Assembly: GCA_038244115.1 (NCBI GenBank)
Contig: JBBRTU010000003.1
Location: 71,647 to 135,646, forward strand
Direction: 5' to 3'
DNA length: 64,000 nt
Origin: Burkholderiales bacterium
GTDB lineage: Bacteria; Pseudomonadota; Gammaproteobacteria; Burkholderiales; JBBRTU01
This document shows, one piece after another, positions 1 through 8,578 of this stretch; the stretch's first letter is position 1, and each line of letters starts with the position of its first letter. The notes beneath the pieces are model-generated. The model was not told the origin of the DNA, searched no databases, and was given only the letters and a program-made list of their open reading frames with translations. Position numbers and translations under genes: made by a program.

Positions 1-3000
1 TGCCGGGATGGCCATGGCAAACCCAACCAATAACAACGACGCGAATAGTAACCAGGCTATTACTCAAGACGCGACGGCGACTTCAACCCAAGGTGGAACC
101 ACTAGCCCGCAGGCGAACGAAAATTCCACCGCCACGCAGAACAACAACTCTAATCAGGGCAACAACAGCAGTACCAATGCCGCTGATCAGGGCAACAACA
201 AGAGCACCAACAACGCTGATCAGAACAACAACAAGAGTACCAACAACAACTCTGACCAGGGCAACAACAAGAGTACCAATAATGCTGATCAGAACAACAA
301 CAAGAGCACCAACAACAACTCTGATCAGGGCAACAACAAGAGTACCAACACGGACAACTCTGATCAGGGCAACAACAAGAGCACCAACTCTGACCAGAAC
401 AACAACAAGAGCAGCGGCAACAACCGGGACAACAGCGGCGATGCCACGGCTAGTGCCTTTGGCGCGTCTGCCAATAACTCTTCCACTGCCTCTGTCTCGC
501 AGGACTCCCACAACTCCACCATTAACGCAACCACCAATCTGCTTGGAGAGGTTCACGGCGGCGCAGTGGATCACATCGGCAACGTTGGCGGCAATGGCGC
601 CAACGCAGGCGCCGGTGGCATAGGTGGCAGCAGCGGCGGTGCTACCGCAGGCGCAACCAGTGGCGGCGCAACAGCCGGCAACGGTGGCATCGGCAACGGC
701 GGCAATGGCAACGGCGGCACTGGCGGTGTTGGTGGCAACGGTGGGATTGGTGGCGCAGGCGGTAGCGGCGGTAGCGCCACTAACGGCAGTGCAACCGCAG
801 GCGCGGCAACGAATGGTAGCGCCAACAACGGCAGCAGCACTGCGGGCAATGGCTTCGGCGGTACCTCTACCTCTACTGGCGGCCAAAGTACCACCGGAAT
901 GGGCGGCACTGGAAATAATGGTTCTGCATCCAGTGGCGCCAGCGGCACAGGCGCAGGTGGCGGCACGACTGGAACGGCCAGCAGCGGTGGCAGCACCGGC
1001 GGCTCCAATGGTGATGTAAGCGGCTCGACCGCCAGCGGTAGCAGCAGCACGGGTGCAGGCGGCGGCGCAACAGCAGCTGACACCAACGGCGGCAATACCA
1101 GCGGCGCAGGCGGCGGCAATAACGGAACAGCCAGCAGCGGCGCCAGCGGTACCGGCGCAGGCGGCAACAATGGCGGAACAGCCAGCAGCGGCAGTGGTGG
1201 CGCAGGCACAGGCGGCGGCGCGACCGGAACAGCCAGCAGCGGTGCCAGCGGTACCGGCGCAGGCGGCGGCAATGGCGGAACAGCCAGCAGCGGTGCCAGC
1301 GGTACTGGTTCAGGCGGCGGTGCAACCAATACAGCCGGCACCGGATCAGGCGGTGGCATGACCAGCGCCTCCACCAGCGGCGGCAGCGGCACCGGCAACG
1401 GCGGCGGCGCAACCAATACAGCCGGCACGGGTGCAGGTGGTGGCACGACAGGCACGGCAGGTACGGGCAGCAGCGGCACCGGTAACGGCGGTGGTTCAAC
1501 CGCATCAGCCGGCACGGGCAGCACGGGCAGCACCGGTGGCGGCGCCACTGGCACTTCGTCCGGCGGACCTAGCACGGGTGGCGGCATGACCAGCGCTTCC
1601 ACCAGCGGCGGTAGCGGCAGCGGCAGCGGCGGCGGTGCCACCGGAACATCAGGCACAGGTAGCAGCGGCACTGGCAATGGCGGTGGCACGACGTCATCCG
1701 CCGGCACTGGCAGCAGTGGCAGCACCGGCGGCGGCGCGGCCGGCACGGTATCAAGCGGTTCAAGCACCGGCGGCGGCTCAACCGGCACAGCCGGCACTGG
1801 CAGCAGCGGCACTGGCGCAGGCGGCGGTTCTACCGCATCAGCCGGCACGGGCAGCAGCGGCAGCACTGGCGGCGGCTCAACCGGCACCTCAGGTACCGGC
1901 CCGAGCACCGGTGGCGGCACTACGGCCTCGGCCGGTAGTGGCACCAGCGGCACAGGCGCAGGTGGTGGTGCAAGTTCTAGCGGCGGCACGCAAGCTGCCA
2001 ATTCCAGCACGACTCCCTCAGGCGGATCTGCCTCGGGCGCCAATGGCGGCAATGCTGTACCGCCCGCACCTGGCGGTAATGGTGGAAACAATAACGCCAA
2101 TATGGGTAACGTAGCTGGCGGCGCATCTAGCGGCACAGGCGGCAACGGCGGCGGCTCTACCGCCGGCACCAGCGGCGGCGCAACATCAGGCACCGCTTCC
2201 GGTACCGGCACAGGTGGCGCAGGCAGCAGTGGCGGCGCTAGCAACACAGCCAGCGCAGGCGCGGGCGGCACCACCACTAGCGGCGGCGCTACCGGCACCG
2301 GCACTGGCGGCGGCAGCGGCACTGCTGCCACCGGTCAGGCATCGACTACGCCTACCGGCGGTGCAGGCAGCAGCACAGGCTCTACCACCAATACCGCAGC
2401 AGGTAATGGCGGCGCGGCCACCACCGGCGGAGCCAGCGGCACCGGCACCGGCGGAGCTAGCGGTACGGCATCAACCGGCCAGGCATCCAATACGCCTACC
2501 GGCGGAACCAGCGGTACTGCTTCAACCGGCACCTCGGCCAGCACTGGAACTGGCGGCACGGGCGGCAGCACAGGCTCTACCACCCTTACAGCAGCAGGTA
2601 ATGGCGGCACTTCAACAAGCGGTGGTGCATCAGGCACTGGAACCGGTGGAGCTAGCGGTAGCGCTGGAACCGGCACTGCTTCTGCAAGCGGTACAGGTGG
2701 CGCCAGCGGTGGCGCAACTGGAACCGGCATGGGTGGAGCTAGCGGTAGCGCTGCAACAGGCACCGCTTCTGCAACCGGTACAGCTGGAGCCAGCGGCGGC
2801 GCAACTGGAACCGGTACGGGTGGAGCTAGCGGTAGCGCTGCAACAGGCACTGCTTCCAACACCGGTACGGGTGGAGCCAGCGGCGGCGCTTCGAGCGGCA
2901 CTGCATCTGCCACACCTACGGGTGGAGCGGGCAGCGGCGCTGCGTCAGGCACTGCTTCCAATACCGGCACAGGTGGTGCTAGCGGCGGCGCTTCGACAGG

Positions 3001-3682
3001 CACCGCTTCCAACACCGGCACCGGTGGAGCCAGCGGTGGAGCAAGCAGCGGTACCTCCTCGGCAGCAGCAGCAGGCGGTCATAGTGGCGCAGCAGGAACC
3101 GGTACAGCATCAACCACCGGAACGGGTGGCACGGGCGGTGCAGCAGCAACCGGCACTGCTTCTGCTAACGGCACGGGTGGCAGCAGCGGTTCTGCATCGA
3201 CCGGTACTGCTTCCTCAAGTGGAACCGGTGGTGCTAGCGGCAGCGCCACCAGCACTTCCACGGCAAATGCTACGGGTGGTAGCGGCGGCAGCTCGACAAA
3301 CGGCAGCGCAACCAACGGCGGCTCTTCCACAACTGCTTCCAATGGTAGCGCGACAGCCGGTCATGGTGCAGTCGGTGCCGGCGGCGGTAGCGGCGGCACG
3401 GGTGGCCAGGGCGCAGGCGGCAGCGGCGGCACAGGTAATGGCGGCATGGGCGGAAGCGCTGCCACCGGCCAAGCCCTCGCATCTGCCACAACTGGCAACG
3501 GTGCTATGGGTGGTGCGGGCGGCAATGCCAACGGTGGTGATGCTGGCACTTACAATGCCAGCAACACCATCCAAAGCGGCTTCTCCAACGCTGCTGGTAT
3601 CTCAGTTGTAAGCCAGAACACCGGCGCGAACGCTCTGACTCAACAGGGTGTAACCGTGCAGGCTAATTTGGCTATCCATTAA
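1..3682 (+). CDS. Giant Gly/Ser/Thr/Ala-rich secreted Fap-like (FapC-type) fibre/amyloid subunit, 5'-truncated by the window edge
   Basis: The frame is open from base 2 (A-G-M-A-M-A|N-P-T, which reads like the end of a signal peptide). The C-terminus NASNTIQSGFSNAAGISVVSQNTGANALTQQGVTVQANL resembles the Fap amyloid repeat. A C39 peptidase and a FapF-like barrel lie nearby. Confidence 0.75.
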   Translation, partial: AGMAMANPTNNNDANSNQAITQDATATSTQGGTTSPQANENSTATQNNNSNQGNNSSTNAADQGNNKSTNNADQNNNKSTNNNSDQGNNKSTNNADQNNNKSTNNNSDQGNNKSTNTDNSDQGNNKSTNSDQNNNKSSGNNRDNSGDATASAFGASANNSSTASVSQDSHNSTINATTNLLGEVHGGAVDHIGNVGGNGANAGAGGIGGSSGGATAGATSGGATAGNGGIGNGGNGNGGTGGVGGNGGIGGAGGSGGSATNGSATAGAATNGSANNGSSTAGNGFGGTSTSTGGQSTTGMGGTGNNGSASSGASGTGAGGGTTGTASSGGSTGGSNGDVSGSTASGSSSTGAGGGATAADTNGGNTSGAGGGNNGTASSGASGTGAGGNNGGTASSGSGGAGTGGGATGTASSGASGTGAGGGNGGTASSGASGTGSGGGATNTAGTGSGGGMTSASTSGGSGTGNGGGATNTAGTGAGGGTTGTAGTGSSGTGNGGGSTASAGTGSTGSTGGGATGTSSGGPSTGGGMTSASTSGGSGSGSGGGATGTSGTGSSGTGNGGGTTSSAGTGSSGSTGGGAAGTVSSGSSTGGGSTGTAGTGSSGTGAGGGSTASAGTGSSGSTGGGSTGTSGTGPSTGGGTTASAGSGTSGTGAGGGASSSGGTQAANSSTTPSGGSASGANGGNAVPPAPGGNGGNNNANMGNVAGGASSGTGGNGGGSTAGTSGGATSGTASGTGTGGAGSSGGASNTASAGAGGTTTSGGATGTGTGGGSGTAATGQASTTPTGGAGSSTGSTTNTAAGNGGAATTGGASGTGTGGASGTASTGQASNTPTGGTSGTASTGTSASTGTGGTGGSTGSTTLTAAGNGGTSTSGGASGTGTGGASGSAGTGTASASGTGGASGGATGTGMGGASGSAATGTASATGTAGASGGATGTGTGGASGSAATGTASNTGTGGASGGASSGTASATPTGGAGSGAASGTASNTGTGGASGGASTGTASNTGTGGASGGASSGTSSAAAAGGHSGAAGTGTASTTGTGGTGGAAATGTASANGTGGSSGSASTGTASSSGTGGASGSATSTSTANATGGSGGSSTNGSATNGGSSTTASNGSATAGHGAVGAGGGSGGTGGQGAGGSGGTGNGGMGGSAATGQALASATTGNGAMGGAGGNANGGDAGTYNASNTIQSGFSNAAGISVVSQNTGANALTQQGVTVQANLAIH
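152..416 (+). repeat. Intragenic tandem repeat, ~8 units of DQ(G/N)NNKSTN(N)x (30-39 bp)
   Basis: Repeated tgatcagggcaacaacaagag(c/t)accaac; includes a 69-bp higher-order duplication encoding DQGNNKSTNNADQNNNKSTNNNS x2. Confidence 0.9.
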
Positions 3683-3693
3683 GTCGAAGTAAC

Positions 3694-3727
3694 CGCCAGG
3701 GGGTGCGGATGTTCGCACCTCTTGGCG
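3694..3727 (+). promoter_or_regulatory. Intergenic stem-loop after the giant subunit gene (mRNA stabiliser or weak terminator)
   Basis: cgccagggggtgcgga-tg-ttcgcacctcttggcg pairs over 16 bp with G-U wobbles; there is no clean U-tract. Confidence 0.55.
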
Positions 3728-3753
3728 TCTTCTCGGACGAGAGGAATATAGCC

Positions 3754-4107
3754 ATGAAAAAATTTACAACCATACCTATTCTAGGCGGACTGGTTCTATT
3801 GATGAACCTCCCTTTTTCCCCCCAAGCGTGGGGCGATGATTCAACCATGTCGAATGAAAGCGCATTTGGTGCGGCCATTTCAGACTCAGATCTTGGAACA
3901 CAACGCGGTGGCGATGTCCGCGTGACCAACACCAACAACCTGGACGCACAGTTGCATGACAACTCTGCGACAGCAAACGTTACAGGCAGCAATTTCGTCA
4001 CAAGTTCGGCATTTTCCGGCAGCAGTGGATTTTCGACGGTTGTACAAAATTCCGGCAACAACGTGATCATCCAGAATGCGACCGTTCTGAACCTGCAACT
4101 ACAGTAA
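3754..4107 (+). CDS. Small secreted Fap-motif protein (FapB-like minor subunit/nucleator)
   Basis: RBS gagga before ATG 3754; signal peptide ending QAWG; DLGTQRGG motif; C-terminal SAFSGSSGFSTVVQNSGNNVIIQNATVLNL repeat. Confidence 0.7.
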   Translation: MKKFTTIPILGGLVLLMNLPFSPQAWGDDSTMSNESAFGAAISDSDLGTQRGGDVRVTNTNNLDAQLHDNSATANVTGSNFVTSSAFSGSSGFSTVVQNSGNNVIIQNATVLNLQLQ

Positions 4108-4115
4108 GCGCTCTC

Positions 4116-4805
4116 ATGAAAGTAGCGAGCCTCTATCTCTTTATCCTTGCCGCGCTGCTGATCGCGACCACCGCCCAGGGCGGCGAGGTCGTGCTGGCCG
4201 GCAGCGACTATGGAAATGTCTCCATCAAAGCAACCAGTCTCAAGGAAGCGCGCTTCCGCACGACCGTGCGGCAACAATTCGATTACAGCTGCGGTTCGGC
4301 GGCAACAGCCACGCTGCTTACTTACCAATATGGCCGCCCAGTCAGCGAACAGGATATCTTCCAGGAAATGTGGGATGTGGGCGACAAGGAAAAAATTCGC
4401 CTGGAAGGTTTTTCACTGCTGGATATCAAACGCTATCTGGAGAACAACGGCTACCAGGCCGACGGCTATGTAGCGCCACTGGACAAACTTGTTCAGAATG
4501 GCATCCCGGCACTCGCATTGATCAGAGACAACGGTTACAACCACTTTGTGGTAATCAAGGGGCTGAATGAGCGAGAAGTACTCGCGGGCGACCCTTCCAT
4601 CGGTTCGCGGATTATTCCGCGCGCGGATTTCGAAAAAATGTGGATTAACCGCATTCTGTTCGTCATTCATAGCGATCAGGACAGGGCGGTTTTTAATAGC
4701 CGGCACGATTGGCATGTGCGCGAAACAGCGCCACTAGGGCTCGCCATGGGTTCGAGCAGCCTAGCCAATGTCACGTTATTGCGCCCCGGCGTAAACGATT
4801 TCTGA
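4116..4805 (+). CDS. Periplasmic C39-family peptidase (FapD-like)
   Basis: Signal peptide; QQFDYSCGSAA catalytic Cys motif; YNHFVV His; GDPS Asp. Confidence 0.9.
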   Translation: MKVASLYLFILAALLIATTAQGGEVVLAGSDYGNVSIKATSLKEARFRTTVRQQFDYSCGSAATATLLTYQYGRPVSEQDIFQEMWDVGDKEKIRLEGFSLLDIKRYLENNGYQADGYVAPLDKLVQNGIPALALIRDNGYNHFVVIKGLNEREVLAGDPSIGSRIIPRADFEKMWINRILFVIHSDQDRAVFNSRHDWHVRETAPLGLAMGSSSLANVTLLRPGVNDF

Positions 4806-4812
4806 GGCTGAC

Positions 4813-5574
4813 ATGAGAACCTTACTTGGCAAAAGCATTGTGGGCATATCGGCGGCGCTGAGCGCCGTTGCAATGGCTGGTCCAGGTTCAGTTGCCGACA
4901 TTCCCGACCATGATCCTGGCAGTTTTGTTCCACTCAAAATGTTGCTGCAGCTCGGTGGCCCACCGAAGTCGGAGCTTGCTCTATCTGACAAGAACAACCT
5001 TGGCTTTGAAGACTGTCGGCGGGTAGGTGAAAATGAATTGAATGATATGCGCGGCGGGTTTCAGATCAACGTGGGTGGACTGCCAGGGCTGTTGTCAATT
5101 GGTGTCGAGAAAATGACATTTGTAAATGGGGCGCTTGTGGCAAAAACCACATTTAATCTGCTTCCGCAACTGAATGCATCCGAGATGCGTGAGGTGATTG
5201 TCAATCAGATGGTATTGCCGAGCGCTGCGGGCATCAAATCGACTATCACCCCGGCGACTGCACCTACTGCGGCGACTGCACCTACTGCGGCAGCTGCACC
5301 TACTGCGGCGGCGCCTGCATCATCGACCCCCGTGGCTCAAACACAAAATTACCAACCGATTCAGGTGATACAAATTGGGCCAGGCAATACATTCACCCTT
5401 CCCAATATGACTAACCTGAATTCCGGAATGATGGCCGTTATCCAGAACACGCTGGACAACCAGGTAATTCGAAACATGACCATCATCAACGCAACCCTGG
5501 CGACCCAGGAAATGATCCGCTCCATGGCGATCAATTCCGCCTTGAGCCGGATAGCGCCTAACTTTGGACGCTGA
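4813..5574 (+). CDS. Secreted FapE-like protein
   Basis: Signal peptide (AVAMA); ELNDMRGG motif; C-terminal IQIGPGN...VIQNTLDNQVI motif; position directly after the C39 peptidase. Confidence 0.65.
   Translation: MRTLLGKSIVGISAALSAVAMAGPGSVADIPDHDPGSFVPLKMLLQLGGPPKSELALSDKNNLGFEDCRRVGENELNDMRGGFQINVGGLPGLLSIGVEKMTFVNGALVAKTTFNLLPQLNASEMREVIVNQMVLPSAAGIKSTITPATAPTAATAPTAAAAPTAAAPASSTPVAQTQNYQPIQVIQIGPGNTFTLPNMTNLNSGMMAVIQNTLDNQVIRNMTIINATLATQEMIRSMAINSALSRIAPNFGR
5252..5310 (+). repeat. 18-bp tandem repeat x3 encoding a TAPTAA linker
   Basis: cggcgactgcacctactg x2 followed by cggcagctgcacctactg. Confidence 0.9.
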
Positions 5575-5593
5575 GCGCCGGTCCAAAAATTCT

Positions 5594-6856
5594 CTAGAGA
5601 TTAAAAGGCATGCGCAGCGTTAACTGCATATTAGGTGCTTCGCTGGTCACACCCACGCCGAGCGAAAGATTGACACTGGATTTGCTGTTCAGCCGGTACG
5701 AGTAGCCGACCAGCAAGCTGCCCAACTGTCTCGTCTGTGACTGTGGAGCGGCGACACCATCGATCTTATCCTTACCGACTATGCTGTGATCGTAACCCAG
5801 ACTAAATGAAGATTTCTCGTTCAAGGCCAAGCCCATTCCAAAATTGAATCCTAAGGCATCACCCGGATCAACCGATCCATAATGCTCCACGTTGCGTTTG
5901 ACATTCCAGAGATAACTCACGCTGCCAAAGAATACTGCGGGATCGGAAGGGAAAATGGCCGTGACACTGGGTTGTATCCCATAAAATCCGGAGCCGGTTG
6001 GCAGTGTTTTCGCAAGATTGGTAGTGGGATCAATTTCCACCTCGAAAGGATCTTTTCCAGTGTGCGTTTTCACCCGTAGCCCACCAATGAAGTAGGGTTG
6101 ATCGCCGCCACCTTCGTTTAACTGATAGCGCGCGGCAAATTCCACGTCGCCAAGCCCTTTACCGCTTGAATCAAAAACACTGTCCGCATATGTCGGGGTG
6201 GCCCAGGGGCGCGTAACAGTGGAGTCGCTTCGATACACATAGGGTATCTTGGCTTCCACTTCAAATCGATTCGTCACGCCATAGCGTCCGGTCAGCGCAC
6301 CGATCATGGTGCTGCGGTTGACGCTTCTGACATCGATAAGCCCAATGACAATCGCGGGAATAACGGTGAAACCGACCAATGCCACCCGGTTATTTGACGA
6401 ATATGAATATTGTACCGAAGGTTCGAGGATAAAGCTGCCGCGCGGGGTTAACACGCCCGGCTGCTCGAAAATGGGCGCTATGGCCGGCGGCTTGCTGTCT
6501 CTGGTTGGATCCGGGGCGCGGCCAACAGGTTGCCGTGCTCCCCCTTCTGTTTGGGCAACTTCAGTGCGCGCTGCGGGTTCTGTGCCACCGACCAGCCGCG
6601 CTTTGATGGTTTCAAGCTGACGCTTGGTTTCCTGCAATGCACGTTTTTGGCTTTCGAGTCGTCGAACTTCATCCTCGAGTTCCCGCTGTTGAGATGCGAG
6701 CTGCCGGCTCTGTTCGTCCAGTTGTATTTTCAAATCCTCAACCGACACTTGCGATGGCGCTGAGCTTTCGCCGGCCAGAGGAGCGCTCGCCACACCTAGC
6801 GCACATACCACACCAACCAGTGAAAACAGACCACGTTGATTAGAATTTAATAACAT
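5594..6856 (-). CDS. FapF-like outer-membrane beta-barrel exporter with N-terminal coiled coil
   Basis: Signal peptide; heptad coiled coil (LKIQLDEQSRQLASQQREL); barrel motifs GLGDVEF, TGKDPF, LPTGSGF, PSDPAVFFG; ends in MPFNL. Confidence 0.8.
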   Translation of the reverse strand: MLLNSNQRGLFSLVGVVCALGVASAPLAGESSAPSQVSVEDLKIQLDEQSRQLASQQRELEDEVRRLESQKRALQETKRQLETIKARLVGGTEPAARTEVAQTEGGARQPVGRAPDPTRDSKPPAIAPIFEQPGVLTPRGSFILEPSVQYSYSSNNRVALVGFTVIPAIVIGLIDVRSVNRSTMIGALTGRYGVTNRFEVEAKIPYVYRSDSTVTRPWATPTYADSVFDSSGKGLGDVEFAARYQLNEGGGDQPYFIGGLRVKTHTGKDPFEVEIDPTTNLAKTLPTGSGFYGIQPSVTAIFPSDPAVFFGSVSYLWNVKRNVEHYGSVDPGDALGFNFGMGLALNEKSSFSLGYDHSIVGKDKIDGVAAPQSQTRQLGSLLVGYSYRLNSKSSVNLSLGVGVTSEAPNMQLTLRMPFNL

Positions 6857-6915
6857 TGCCGAGTCCTATAGAGTAGATAAACAAACGCTATGCCCACCAT
6901 TTGCCTGCTAGTGAA

Positions 6916-8295
6916 CTATAACTGGCTCTGCCCCAAGCCTTCGCTTATTCCCCTCAGGCGGCGATAAAGCGTTGCTCGTGATACGCCGAGCTGCCTGGCT
7001 GTTTCTGACACGTTATGATGATTTTTGCGCAATGTCGATCTTATCACTTCTTCTTCGGCAGAAGTTCGTGCAATGTCGAGCGTGAATGCTGACATTTGTG
7101 GAGCGCGTTTTTCCAGGCCCATATCCGCAGGCGTGATCAGTTTCTTCTCACTTAAAATGGTTGCGCGCCGAACACGATTGATTAACTCACGCACGTTGCC
7201 AGGCCAGCTATAGTTGCTCATCACACGCAGCGCTGCTTTGCTAAAGCCGCTGGCCAGTGAGCAATGCTCTTTATGAAATTTCTCGAAATAAGATTGCGCC
7301 AAAAGTTCGATGTCGCCTTCTCTCTCCTTTAAACTTGGCACATCTAGACGTAACACATTGATCCGGTAGTAGAGATCTTCACGGAATTTTCCTGATTCAA
7401 CAGCCCGTTCCAGATTGGCGTTGGTTGCCGCAACCACTCTCACGTCGACAGAGATTCGCGTGTTCGAACCGATGCGCTCAATGGTTTTTTCTTGCAAAAA
7501 ACGCAACAGATTGACCTGAATATCCAAAGACAAATCGCCGATTTCATCTAGGAAAATCGTTCCACCTACTGCCGCCTCAATACGCCCGATCTTGCGTGTG
7601 GCAGCGCCGGTAAATGCGCCTTTCTCGTAGCCGAACAACTCACTCTGGATTAATTGAGAAGGCAGTGCGCCACAATTCACCGCGACCAATGGCCCCTTGG
7701 CTTGACGCGAAAGTTGATGGAGCGCATTAGCCGCCAACTCCTTGCCTGTTCCGTTTTCACCTGTAATCAATACTGGCGCACCCGACCATGCCATTTTGCG
7801 CAGATTGCGATACAGCTCGCGCATCATCTGACTTGTGCCCAGCATGTTGAGAAATCCGGAGCTGGAGGAACTTTTTTCCAGCCGGACTTTCATTATTGCT
7901 TTGCCATACGCGTGTCCAAGTGTGGCCAGAAGCCGCTCAGGGTCAATAGGCAGGGTGTGGTAATCATGGCAAACATTTGAAATAAACTGGAGGCACTCAC
8001 GGCACCGAAGCGATGCCCGAGAAACAACAGCAACCCATTCGATCGGCGTATCAGCGGTCGCTAGCTCTTCCAAATCAGAGAAATTTACGTTACTTGCGTT
8101 GCCAAAACACGCGATCCCAATGCTGACCGCATGCTCCTCAATAAGGCGCTTTACTGATTGGGCATCTGATGCAATCAGCACCGCCCAACCGGCATCCAGA
8201 AGAATCTGAGCAGGAAAGGCTGTGTCTCGCTGATACACCACCACTTTTCGAGCGACCAATTCGTCGCCTGTTGTTAATCTTATTGGCAATGCCAT
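6916..8295 (-). CDS. Sigma54-dependent Fis-family activator with atypical VpsR-like N-terminal domain
   Basis: Walker A GENGTGKE; ELFGYEKGAFTGA; FLDEIG; WPGNVREL; C-terminal HTH; N-terminal CHDYHTLP segment typical of the VpsR type. Confidence 0.85.
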   Translation of the reverse strand: MALPIRLTTGDELVARKVVVYQRDTAFPAQILLDAGWAVLIASDAQSVKRLIEEHAVSIGIACFGNASNVNFSDLEELATADTPIEWVAVVSRASLRCRECLQFISNVCHDYHTLPIDPERLLATLGHAYGKAIMKVRLEKSSSSSGFLNMLGTSQMMRELYRNLRKMAWSGAPVLITGENGTGKELAANALHQLSRQAKGPLVAVNCGALPSQLIQSELFGYEKGAFTGAATRKIGRIEAAVGGTIFLDEIGDLSLDIQVNLLRFLQEKTIERIGSNTRISVDVRVVAATNANLERAVESGKFREDLYYRINVLRLDVPSLKEREGDIELLAQSYFEKFHKEHCSLASGFSKAALRVMSNYSWPGNVRELINRVRRATILSEKKLITPADMGLEKRAPQMSAFTLDIARTSAEEEVIRSTLRKNHHNVSETARQLGVSRATLYRRLRGISEGLGQSQL

Positions 8296-8578
8296 CCCCC
8301 AAACACAATTTATTTTTACCTATCACTAGAAGTCGTGATAAGTCTGAACGCTAAACACAGCGGGACTTTTCACCAGATGTGAATGGTGCTGATAGAGAGC
8401 ACGAGTTGTATTTATACGTTATAAACCACTTATTCTATATAAATAAAATCTATATTTTTCGCTTCTCAGCTTCTGCTATTCGATTCATCCCAGGTAAACG
8501 CACTAATAAAACACCCGCTGTAGGATATGCCATGAGCGTTTATACAATGCATTATCCGGCGACGGGTACAATAAAACT

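Noticed and set aside
152-416. Regular ~33-bp repeats that could be taken for a CRISPR array
   Set aside because: They are in-frame coding repeats with no unique spacers, and there are no cas genes.
587-3547. PE-PGRS, ice-nucleation or collagen assignment for the Gly-rich tract
   Set aside because: There is no PE domain, no AGYGSTxT octamer and no Gly-X-Y periodicity. The C-terminal motif and gene context point to Fap.
83-3611. Long alternative-frame ORFs over the giant gene (571-2331 -, 2214-3611 +, 2335-3021 - and others)
   Set aside because: These are shadows of GGC/ACC/AGC codon repeats, which lack stops in other frames. The Pro/Val/Ala products have no independent features.
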